Source: Hypanus sabinus (Eukaryota). From it: 64,000 nt of DNA. The notes beneath the pieces are model-generated. The model saw only the letters and a list, made by a program, of their open reading frames with translations, made no database searches and was not told where the DNA came from. Shown piece by piece: positions 36,901 to 47,016 of this stretch. The stretch is from contig NC_082712.1 of the NCBI RefSeq assembly GCF_030144855.1, positions 137,020,001 to 137,084,000 of the forward strand. Direction: 5' to 3'. The position numbers and the translations under genes were made by a program. How positions within the stretch are numbered: position 1 is the stretch's first letter; each line of letters opens with the position of its first letter.

Positions 36901-39900
36901 TTCACTGAAATGTGTCACATGAGCAAATGAGTACTCTGCACTACAATTGCTGGTGAGGACGTGGCTGTGCCGAGGAACTACAGGTACCCAGGAATGCACC
37001 TGGATGACAGAGTTGAGTGGAGCACCAACACAGAGGCTGGGTCGAAGAGGGACCAGAGTTGCCTCTACGTCTTGAGAAGACTAAACTCCTTTGGAGTATG
37101 CAGTCCTCCTTTTCACCTGTTCTAATAGCCTGTTGTCACCAGTACAATCTTCTACACTGTGGTGTGCTGGGGCAATGGCATCAACCCCAGTGATGTCAAC
37201 AGGCTCCATTAATTTCGTACAAAGGCTGGCTCTGTTAAATGAGTCTAACTGGATGCTGTGGGGGACCAATGGACCCTACAGAAAATACTGGCAATTCTGG
37301 ACAATAATCTCACCCTCTGCATACCATCTTGGCTGAACCAAGGAGAACTTTTAGTAACAGACTAAGGCAACTGTGCTGCTTCAAAGAGCGCAATATCAGG
37401 TCATTCCTACTCTCTACAACTAGGCTCTATAATGAGTCAGCCATTATAGGGTTGTGAGGATCCCCTCTTGTTACACTGCTTGAGATAACTTAATTTTTAG
37501 GCTTTAGACCTCTTCTAATTATTTATATCTGTGCACTTGTAATGCTGTGGTGACACTGTACATTCCTTTGGGATCAATAAAGTAACTATATCTAACTACT
37601 GCAACGGGCTCTCTCTCTCGAAGGTGTAATTAGAATTTATTCTTTTGAACTTTCTTTACAACACCTCAAATTCACTATTCCAAACACTAATGCTTGTCTC
37701 ATATACAATAAATTTCAACTTTGACCCAATTATCGATTTCAAGTAAAACATGTCCAGTACCATAATTACTTATTTGCATGCTAACTGGCCCCAACATTTT
37801 ACACAATACTTCCAACTCTTTATGATATTTAAACTCCTCCAGTCAAAGTATTGCTCGAATCATTTGACCAACTGCGCCACTTAAAAATTACACATTTTAC
37901 ACCGAGAATGTGTCATCAAATCTGATCACACAGCTGTTAAACATCAGCTATACTTTTCCAACATCCCCCCTCGTTTAACTGCTGCTCTGCAGCAGAAAGC
38001 ATCAGCTAAGAGAAATCCATAGCACAATGATTGAGAGATTTTCTCAGTGACATTGGGCGTATTTGTACTTCACTGCTTTGTTATTAACCATACGTTCCAG
38101 CAAGGAACCCTCCAAGGCAATCATGTACTACTGGAGTACAAAGAAATTTTAACTGCATCAAATTGTCACCCTCTACCTCGTTAAGATATATTTCACCATC
38201 GTACATAATCACATTCCCTTTTCTGGTTTCTGACTCACTGATGTGTATTATTTTATTCGCTTTAAACAATAAATAACAAACAAAACTTGGTAGTTTATTA
38301 TCCTTAGAATAGCTTCAGGTTTACTTCCACTTAAAAATTCAAAGCTGTTGTCACTGGGCAAAAAAACAGCACAGCGCAAGATTTCTGCGCACAATGGTCA
38401 TTACAAATTCGAGGGAACATTGTGTTCTAGTCCTTTTATTTCTGAAAATCTGTAACATTACCAGCCTCTGTTACTCCCCAGCAATGGGCTACACACAAGC
38501 TCTGCAACATTGCACTCGTTAGTGACCTCACTTGATCCAGCACTTTTCAGTGCCGGACATCAGAGGCCGATTCTGCACACTGTCTCCATGGCTTCCTCTG
38601 CACCCCATCTGTGCACTGAGGGCATCATAGTGTATTCTCATTGATATGCCCGTTCTAGGCACTCAGTATATGTAACTGTGGCCAAGATGCTATGCTCTGT
38701 TGGATAGCAGCAAATGATGTACTGGTGGTCTTATCAGAATAAGGAGAGTCAATCTCATTGAAATGTACAAAACTCTTATCTGTCTGGACAGGGATTAATG
38801 TGCAATTGATGTTTCAACTGGTTGATATAGCGAGGACAAGATATCAGTGTCTTACAGTTTGGATATGAGAAAAAGATATTGTCAGTCAGAGCTGTGAGGA
38901 AGCTATGAACCCACAACCTTCAAGGCAAAAATTGAAAGATGTTGGAAAATAAAGTCTGTGGGGCCAAAACAGGGATATGACACTGCAATAAAAAAAACAA
39001 AGCCTGGCATGATCTCACTAAATAGAAAAGCAGCCATGAGAGGACAAATGGCTTAGACTGCTTCTCAGGGTACAATGTGATCACAGACTTGGTTAGAATG
39101 GTATTCACCTCTTAACTGCAGACGGTAACTCGATGTCACAGGCTTGCTTGAAGTTTCAGAGTGAAGGAATTGCATTTTGAACTCTTTCCCATGATCTTCA
39201 GTCGTTGGTGTAAATGTCCACTGGGATGATCGTGAGTACAAACCACTGGAATCCTCTTTATTTGCTTCGGTGACTATTCCTACTTTTGATGGATTTTGAA
39301 TTTTACTGAAATCTTTGAACCAGAATATCTGATTTCCTTCTGGATAAAATTCATAAGCCATGCAGGAAAGTGTTAAAGGCTTTCCTATTTCAGGGGAAGG
39401 TGGATCTGCCTTAATTTCCGAGATCTTTGGCAATGAAACTAGACATAAAAAAGGAAGAAAAATAAGTTAAACTAAACATGCAACTTAAAGGAGATTACAA
39501 TTTAAACCAAAACTGTCAAGCATTTCTTAGTAAGTAGTTAAAGACTGAATACTATTAAAAGCAATGAAAGAAAAGATTGCCATTTCTTTCCTGATTTGGA
39601 TTACTATTTTATTCCGAATTATTGGAACTCATTGCTTTCTTGTGGGTTCTCAGCTGTTGTTGATTGGTCATTATTCTGTTGTTAAGCAATTAGCTTTCAT
39701 CATCAGGGCAGCCACTTTACATTGTTTATACATTTCAATTAGTAGTTAGAAACAGTGGTTATTTGAATCTGCCTTTTGTTGGAATGCTAACATTTTAATT
39801 AAAAAATAGAATCATTCAGGAGAGTCCTTTAAACTATCCTATATCCTTGTAATTGTGTGAAATACTGTCAAACACCCTTGATAAGTTTAGACATATGACA

Positions 39901-42900
39901 GCTAGTTTTGATCAAATAGTTTATAGTTTATATAATAGTAATTTAAAGTTTTATACTTTTTCTTCAACTATATCTATGTATTAACTTTTATGTCTTTACC
40001 TACAAATCAATGAATTCACCCATTTTAATCTAGTTTGATTTTCAAAGGTATTCTCTGTTCAATCAAATCCACCATGTTCACCTTTCCTTTGCAATAATAC
40101 AATTAACCTGTAGGCCTTACAACAGTTGGCTTTCTGTCTTAGTAAACGGATGCCAAAAAGTTACAAGGGTATGTCCCAGTACCAACAGTTATCATTAGAT
40201 GTCCATCCTTTATGAATTTCAAATTGATTGTATAAAAAACAAGTTCAGAAACGAAAAGTAATCTCATGCTTTAGTTAAAAACCTGTTACTTACTCACTTC
40301 ACCAGCTACCCAGTGAGTCTCTATTGGCTTTGATAAGCTCTCATGTATGACTTGGCATGTGTATTTTGTCTTAGTGTCAGCAAAGGTAAGAGCAATCTTC
40401 ATATTAGCTGTCAAATGATAGACTTCATCCTGTCCAATTACTGCATCATTAACTTCAGAATTTTGTTGAAGTTCTACGCCATCTTTCAGCCATTTAACTG
40501 TGATATCTCTGGGGAAAAATGAACTTATTTGACAGCTTAAGTTCACGGGCTCTTCTGCAATTGGTTTTGCTGCGTCACACTTTATAGTGCCCAGTTTTGG
40601 AGGAGCTGGAAGAGAAAACAAGGTTTTAAACAGTAGCAGATTTTCAAAAGTGGGGAATTAGATATTGCACTTTCCATATGTAATTACTTATAGCTTCGAA
40701 AACTTTAGAAAAAAGACAAAATATAATTATTTAATTTATTAATTTCATTGCAATCCTACTCTATTGATTTAGTTTGCTATATTCTTAAATTATCTCAAAG
40801 CTTTTCCCTTGTAACATTATTACTACCTTGTAACAATAAGAGAAATATGGTATCAAGACAATGCACTCATCAGAGGAGCCTCCAAATCAAATAAGCAATC
40901 TGGATCCTTTCTCATTTCAAGGCTTAGATAACAGTATACCTGTAATGCTTAGGGTTATTGCTTTCTCTTGCTTGTCGTTAGTGGAGTGGTGCAGTATGCT
41001 ACAGAAGTACTGCGAGCTCTGGTCTTGCTGTTTATCTGGCACAATAACTAATACACTAGTAACGCTGTAAGTTTTGTCTTCATGCTCCACTTCACTGATG
41101 TAATTCTTTGCCTTCAAATTCATCTTGTTGTCAATGATTGTTGTGTTGTCCAGCTGCAACCGGACAAGTTCTTCCAAATCTGCATTCTTTCTCTTTTGTT
41201 GCCATATAATACTTAATGGCCTTGGTTTAAATCCACTGATTGAACAAGACAAAGCCGCAGGTTCCTTGTCCTTGATGAGAGGAGGCATCAAAATGTTTAA
41301 AACCTTAGGTGGCACTTAGAAAAGAGAAAATGAAGAATAAATCACACAAATTGAAATGCAAAGAGAGAAAAAATATTGAATTGTTTTAAATGTTTAATGA
41401 CTGAGTCCACCTGATGAAGAGCTGTATTTAACATAACTATCCACATCATTGACATAAGAGATTCTACTGGTGCTGGTAATCTTGAGCAAAACATGCAAAA
41501 TACTGGAGAAGCTCAGCAGGTCAGGCAACATCTATGGAGGGCAATAAACAGCTGATGTTTTGGGCCGTGACCCTTCAGTACTCTTCACCATATTTGCTGC
41601 CTGGCCTGCGGAGTTCCTCCTGAATTTTGTGTATCTACATCAATGCCAAATACCATATATGTTAATGAAAGTCATTCAAAATGGAGACAAAAAGACAGCA
41701 ATTAATAATTAAAGAAAATGTTTGAAATTTACCTCCTTTAACATCTAGTGTCAGTGTCCTAGTTATAGGCTCTTTCAGTGCTCGATGTTGAACTTCGATA
41801 CTTAACTCAGCCCCATCATCCTGCGAAATATCTGGATATATTCTGACATTGACTTCTACACTGGAAATCTTAAGTGTGTCAGTTGTGAAATCAGAAATCT
41901 GTGGCTTAAAGGATGCATCTTCAACATCTGGCTGCAAAAGGATCTTCATTTCATTACGATCTGGTCCATTTGTTGATGCAAGCTGACTGTAGTTTTCATT
42001 CCAATCCTTATCACTCCACTTCAGAAGCTGATGTTTATCCTCCTGCCTCCTCTTTACGTAGATCACAACTGTAACATCACGAGGCCGAAATGAGTTAACC
42101 ATCCAAGTGACTACTTTTTCTTCATGATGTTTCAAAACTTGATGTTCACTGCATCCAGTAATTTTTGGAGGAACTAGTCAAAACAAAATAAGTAATTAAC
42201 ACTTAATAATGTAAATGTTCTTTCTTTCATCCAGTCTTTCTGGCCCTTCTGGAATTACAGAAATAAGACAATTAGTGTAACAGACAAGGTCAGAATTTCC
42301 ATTAGTTTGTACCATTTTTATTCAGCATATTACCGTCCAAAATAGTGAAACCAATGAAAATTGTAACCAGTGATATTAAGAGCATCTTTAAAAATTGCAC
42401 TATTTACTTATTCCAAAACACTGGGCAGCTATTTATTTATTTAATTTCTTATATCCAAGGAAGTATGAATCTTTATGTAGCTGATCCACAATATACAAGC
42501 AGTAAAGAGGGGCAATGTGGGAGGATACTGCCCTTACCTTAAAATTGCATACATGATTGTACAATCAGATCAATGAGATCAATGTACAGTCAGATAGCAA
42601 TCAGATCAATATGTACTGATAAATCTAACTTCTGATTTCAGATTTCTGTTAATTGCATCTATTGGTGAACTTTAGAGCAGGTTCTTAAAATAATCTACAC
42701 AGTAAAAACCTAGAAAATTCATCACTTAGCACAGTTTATTTCTAAACATGTGAACCTATTTTTTTCTCTAACCCCCTCCCCCAAAATCCCTCTGCCGATA
42801 AAGGATTTCCCAAACTAGAGAAAATCTGCAGACACTGGAAATTCAAGCAATACACACACAAAATCCTGGAAAACTCAGCAGGCCATGCAGCATCCATGGT

Positions 42901-45900
42901 AAAAGGTAAACAAGCGATGTTGTGAGCCGAGACCCTTCATTAATCCTGAAGAAGGGTTTCGGGCCCAGACGTTGACTGTTTACTTTTCTATAGATGCTGC
43001 CTAGCCTGCTGAGTTCCTCCAGTGTTTTGTGTGTGTTGCTTAATGCTCATTCAATGTCAAGGGCAATTAAGCAAAGGAAGTGACAAAAACCAGATAAGAA
43101 CCCATGAAATGGGCCACATTTGGTGGGGCCCCACATTGTGCTATTAAAACAGTGCCCTGGAGAAAACCTGGAGGAAATTCAACTAGTTTTCTACAGGATG
43201 AAGCTTATTGGTGAAATTAATCTACATTATCCAAAAGGAACTTTGAAAATTGAATAATGTAATTTATTACATCATAAAAATGAACTGTGCATCAATTCCC
43301 AATTCAAATGTGTTAGAAGGGAAATATAATTATAATAAAAAAATTCAAAATAATATGGAGGCTGTGTCTGGAGTATCAAATTCCATTCAATGTAGAAACT
43401 CCAAGCAAGGTTTTCTGTTGAACACCAATGGGGGAGTACAACTACTGCAGCCCAGTTGTAAGCAAAGCAAAAAAAAATCAATCACTTCCCAGTTTGGGGA
43501 AGAGATACAAGAAGCAGTCAAAGGATCAGAACAGCATCGCAAATTCACAGCCACCAACCCAGGTTCAATGCCAACCTCTGGCACTACTTGTGTGGAGTTT
43601 CCACACTGCCCGTGATGCAGGAATTTACTCCAGGTGCTTTGGTTTCCTTCCGCATCACCAAAAAAAAAACATTTGCAGGCCAATAGGTTAATGAAAACTC
43701 TGAATTTCCCCAAGTGTAGGTGAATGGTAGAACCTGGGGGGGGGGAGCTGGTGAGAAATTGGGGGAAATAACATGGGATTCTGAAAACGAGTGCTTGATA
43801 GCTGGCACGGACACACGGAGCCAAATGGCCAGCTTCTTTGCTGCATCTTCTATGACTCAATGCACAAACTGCAACACACCAAAAGGATTTCACTGTCTTC
43901 ATATTACCTTTTAGAAAGATCCAGAAATAAGCAAGAAGTCCTGCAGCAATTAGTAACCCAAATACTCCTAGAAGTGCAGAAATAACCACTGCTGCTGTTG
44001 AAGTTGATTCAGGCTCTGAAACTTAGAAAACCAAAATGACAATATGAGCATTTAGACACACGAATAAACTTCACCAACTTGAGACATATGAGTTTTTGCA
44101 AATTATAAATCACCATTCATAAGCCCTGTAAAAGTTTTTCAAGAAATTAAAACCATAATTGTGCAACATATTTTCACATTAAGTCATGGTGTGGGAACTC
44201 CATTCTGTAGTTTTGTTATTTTTCATATAATCTGGAATAAGTGATGGGCTCAGAGATTCTAGTATCCCAACTTTTGACTCAACTTATTTGCACATGATAT
44301 CAGTTGTAAGTTATGCTGTCAAATATTCAAAAAGAAAGATAAAAAACTAGCCCTGGGCAAGGGTGGTGACAGAAGGCTAGAACAATGCTTCCAAATTTGC
44401 CTCAATTATTTTTGGGACATATTAAAAGAATATCTAACCCACAGGATGAAGACAGAGGCAGAAGGGCAGGGCCCTTCTTACTCAACCAAATCGAGTACAG
44501 GAAAGGTAGACAGCGGTGTGCAGAAAATGAAATGATACGATGAAGGTAGAAATTAATCATTCATGGCATGGAAAGAATCAGCAGTTGCATTGGCACAAAT
44601 AGTAAAATGAGTTAATGAGCAAGTAACTAACAGCCAGTCACCAAGAGTCTCTGTGCAAATCCAAAATGTGCCAGCCTCTGTTTATTTTCAGGCATGACTC
44701 AAATTCTCAGCCAATATCTTTCTGGGGTGAAATAACAAACAATGAACTTTGATTTAAATCAGTGGAATGAAAGTCAAACATTTAAAAAAAAACGTCAATA
44801 CAAATATTGCTATGAAGTATCCCCAACTTAGTCAAAGTATGGAACATACCCTCAACTGTGAGTTTCACCACCTGTGAAAGTTTGTCTGGAAGGGACTGAT
44901 GTCTCACTGTACACTTGTATATATTACCATCATCTTTCGGAGTTGGTTCAATTATTATATTACTAGAAACATTAAACGTTCCATCATTATTAGAAACTGC
45001 AGCTCCAGTGCAGACACGTCTTTCCATTCTCTCAGCTATTCCTCTGGATATCTTTTCCCAGAAGATTTCATCAATCTGAGGATAAAATTCCGTAGCATCA
45101 CACCAGACAGATTTCTCTGTACCATTCCGAATGGTAATGTGTTGTGTGGACAGAAGCACCTTTGGCTGAGCTGTATTAAAAAGCAAATCAAACCTTAAGT
45201 TAGATCGGATGAAGTGTATTATCATAAATATCTAAAACCAAGTCTAAGCTATTGCTATGTTAAGATAAACAAAATGTACCACTTTCCTTCCTTCAATTAC
45301 TCCAAAACACAGGATTTCCCTTCACTAATACTCCTGAAAGATAATTCACTTGCTCAACATTCAATGTAGTTCCATGTGAGAGTTTTTAATTAGTTATTCC
45401 TTCTGATCCAGAGTCTCCAAATAATAAATTAACAGACCGTGGATAAGTGCATTGGTAATTCTGCTGAGATTGTATGCATTATGGATAATGTAGACAATTG
45501 CCAAAGGATATGGCAGGATATAGATCAGTTATAGATATGGGCAGAGAAATGGCAGATAGAGTTTAATGTAGCTAAGAAATAATGTTACAATTTGGGAACT
45601 CAAATATGAAGGGGTAATACTTTTAATGGAAAAATCTTTAACAAAATTGATCTATAGAGAGATTTTGTGACCCAAGGCCACAGTCCCTGAAAACAGCACA
45701 CGTTGATAGGCTGGTAGGGAAGTACATGGCACACTTGTCTTTATTAGTTGAGGCACTGAGATCAAGAGTTGATAAGTTACTTTGCAGCTTTATAAAACAC
45801 TGCTTATGCTATGCCTAGAGCACTGCTTCCAGTCCTGGTTGTCCACACAATAGGAATAGAGTAGAGGGTTTGAAGAGGGTACAGAAGTGGGATGTTGCCC

Positions 45901-46804
45901 CAGGAAAAGAGCATGTGCTACAAGGAGAGGACGGACAAATGTGGAGCAACAAACGAAGAGCTTTGTCAGGCAGCATCTTTCGGACAGTTAACGTTTCAGA
46001 TTAAAACCATTCAAATGAACTAGGGTTGTTTTCCCTGGAGTGTCAAGGTGAGGGAAAAACTGATGGAAATTTATATGATTATGAGAGGCAAAGATAGAAT
46101 GGACAGCCAGTATCTTATCCAGGGTCAAAATGCCAAAGGTGAGGGGGGGCAAGTTTAAAGATGATGTGAGTGGCAGGTTTTCTTTTTATTAAAAAAACAC
46201 ATAGAGCAGTGGGCGCCTGCAATGCACTGCCAGAGGTGGTAGCAGAGGCCGATGTAACAGATGCATTTACAAAGCTCTTAGATAGGCACATGAATGTGTA
46301 GAGAGTTGAGTGATAAGGACATTGTGTAGGCAGAAGAGATTACTTAACTTACTAGCTAATTACTAGTTTAATTAGTTCTGCACAGCATCATGGGCTGAAT
46401 GGCTTGTTCCTGTGCTGTGCTGTTCTCTGTTCACACCAGGTAATGTTTTAGAAGTCTCTTACCCAAAATCACAACTCGTGAGCTCTTTTCCACTTTGTCA
46501 GGAGTGACAAGTACAACACAGGTGTATTCTCCTGCTTCACTTAATTGGATATTTGGAAGATAAAGTGAAGCATCTCCTTTCTTTAATTCAGTTTCAGATA
46601 TTTTGGCTCCAGATCGTTTAACGGTAATATTTCTTGCATTAAAGGTGTAGATTTCTTTCTTTTGGGATCCATACAACCACTGAACACCTACGTTTGATAG
46701 GTCAAGAATGGGCGATCCAAAATCAGTAACTTTACATTCCAAGGTAATGTCCGTATACAAAAGTACATTCTTTGGACTTCTAAAAATGGTCATATCCAAT
46801 GTTT
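30654..46804 (-). CDS. NCR3LG1: NCR3LG1/B7-H6-like multi-Ig gene: V - C1 - TM - 4 x C1-like - micro-exons - C1-like; about 900 aa; leader exon not located
   Basis: Twelve exons with canonical AG/GT boundaries, all phase 1, joining into one open frame. V and C1 exons carry B7-H6-type motifs recalled from the human protein. The symbol means -like; orthology is not tested. Confidence 0.75.
31481..31710 (-). pseudogene. Decayed Ig C1-like pseudo-exon (paralogue of 34180-34448)
   Basis: ISDIKSD..*..GYVPAKIKVMWYKDGK..*, then a frameshift, then ITSIKFTPAKTDHGSCVKCEV; truncated by a CR1 duplication. Confidence 0.68.
32832..32876 (-). CDS. 45-nt micro-exon copy C (DNAVNEDDSNRATSE)
   Basis: ttttttccctgcag| ... 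GAAG|gtaaag, phase 1-1, no stop. Confidence 0.65.
33505..34155 (+). mobile_element. Rex1/Babar-like LINE 3' fragment (copy also at about 36945-37590)
   Basis: YK.LG..LD.RLEWS.NT.AV.KKG.S..YFLRRLRSF..C; tail gggatcaataaagtatctat. Confidence 0.72.
34180..34448 (-). pseudogene. Decayed Ig C1-like pseudo-exon
   Basis: ISDIKSDPELLQAKKPAMFS..YVP..TWYKDGK, then a frameshift, then AEDGLISSITSIKFT..KCEVVHEET. The 5' splice region is replaced by CR1 sequence. Confidence 0.7.
35639..35683 (-). CDS. 45-nt micro-exon copy B (DNVDKKDSSIRAKSE)
   Basis: tttttttcccctgacag| ... GAAG|gtaaag, phase 1-1, no stop. Confidence 0.65.
36620..36664 (-). CDS. 45-nt micro-exon copy A ((N/D)KLDKQVVSNGVIGE)
   Basis: ttttttttttctggacag| ... 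GAAG|gtaaag, phase 1-1, no stop. Confidence 0.65.
38239..38259 (-). CDS. Candidate 21-nt micro-exon (ANKIIHI)
   Basis: T-rich acceptor tttgttatttattgtttaaag, donor gtgagt, phase 1-1. Confidence 0.45.
39109..39438 (-). CDS. Exon: C1-like domain D6 (F-strand Cys replaced by Met)
   Basis: 330 nt, tctag|TT...AGA G|gtgaat. LSCMAYEFYP..FWFKD..DSSGLYSRSS..DHGKEFKMQFLH. Confidence 0.85.
40294..40605 (-). CDS. Exon: C1 domain D5
   Basis: 312 nt, tccag|CT...GTG A|gtaagt. LSCQISSFFPRDITVKWLKDG..YTCQVIHESL. Confidence 0.87.
40940..41314 (-). CDS. Exon: C1-like domain D4
   Basis: 375 nt, ctaag|TG...ACA G|gtatac. LSCSISGFKP..IIW..DKTYSVTS..YFCSILH. Confidence 0.85.
41733..42173 (-). CDS. Exon: atypical C1-like domain D3 (no canonical Cys, long insertion)
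   Basis: 441 nt, actag|TT...GGA G|gtaaat. VPPKI..VTWMVNSFRPRDVTV..DDGAELSIEVQHRALKEPITRTLTL. Confidence 0.8.
42810..43040. repeat. Palindromic element built from two opposed Penelope-type termini
   Basis: cacacacaaaatcctggaaaactcagcagg...gacccttcatta is mirrored by cctgaagaagggtttc...cctgctgagttcctccagtgttttgtgtgtg. Confidence 0.75.
43530..43862 (+). mobile_element. HE1/V-SINE-like SINE, ending about 45 bp from the TM exon donor
   Basis: B-box-like ggttcaatgcc, tgtgtggagttt...ccaggtgctttggtttcctt core, CR1-type tail. Confidence 0.6.
43908..44015 (-). CDS. Exon: transmembrane segment (EPESTSTAAVVISALLGVFGLLIAAGLLAYFWIFLK)
   Basis: 108 nt, tttcag|AG...AAA G|gtaata, phase 1-1, about 26 contiguous hydrophobic residues, no stop. 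Confidence 0.85.
44850..45170 (-). CDS. NCR3LG1: Exon: Ig C1-set domain, B7-H6-like
   Basis: 321 nt, acag|CT...GAG G|gtatgt. CDATEFYP..W..NNDGTFNVSS..YKCTVRHQSL. Confidence 0.9.
45420..46420 (+). mobile_element. Degraded CR1 3' fragment between the V and C1 exons
   Basis: gatatagatcagtta...tgggcagagaaatggcagatagagtttaat; tail atgggctgaatggcttgttcctgtgctgtgctgttct. Confidence 0.65.
46463..46804 (-). CDS. NCR3LG1: Exon: Ig V-set domain, B7-H6-like
   Basis: 342 nt, tttag|AA...TTG G|gtaaga. ITLEC..VGVQW..GDASLYLPNIQLSEAGEYTCVVLVTP closely parallels B7-H6 [26 protein letters not shown]. Confidence 0.9.
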
Positions 46805-47016
46805 CTAAATGCAAACAGAAAAATGAGGCAAGTTTATCTTCAATCACATTGCAAGTAGAAATTAAACAGATTCAAGTTATAGTGTAAGTTATGGCATTTT
46901 TCTCTAGCAATCCCACAAGTCAGTAGGTTGTCCAACTCCAGGACTACAGATTGATTTGTGCATTGATGTGGATGCTGTATTGTTTGAAATCACAGATTTC
47001 AGATGAGGTACTAAAC

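Larger units (their letters stand above)
31310..37750. repeat. Local tandem segmental duplication (three main units plus remnants)
   Basis: The block order pseudo-Ig / CR1 / conserved intron / micro-exon / intron / Rex1 recurs at about 31480-34155, 34160-36015 and 36020-37590, with fragments at 31310-31480 and 37600-37750. Confidence 0.88.

Noticed and set aside
38084-38269. 61-aa minus-strand ORF
   Set aside because: No domain features; only the 21-nt part bounded by splice signals is plausible.
30654-42173. ITIM/ITAM motifs in the predicted cytoplasmic region
   Set aside because: The tyrosines present (TYSV, VYHL, QYDLI) do not match the consensus, and most are structural Ig-strand residues.
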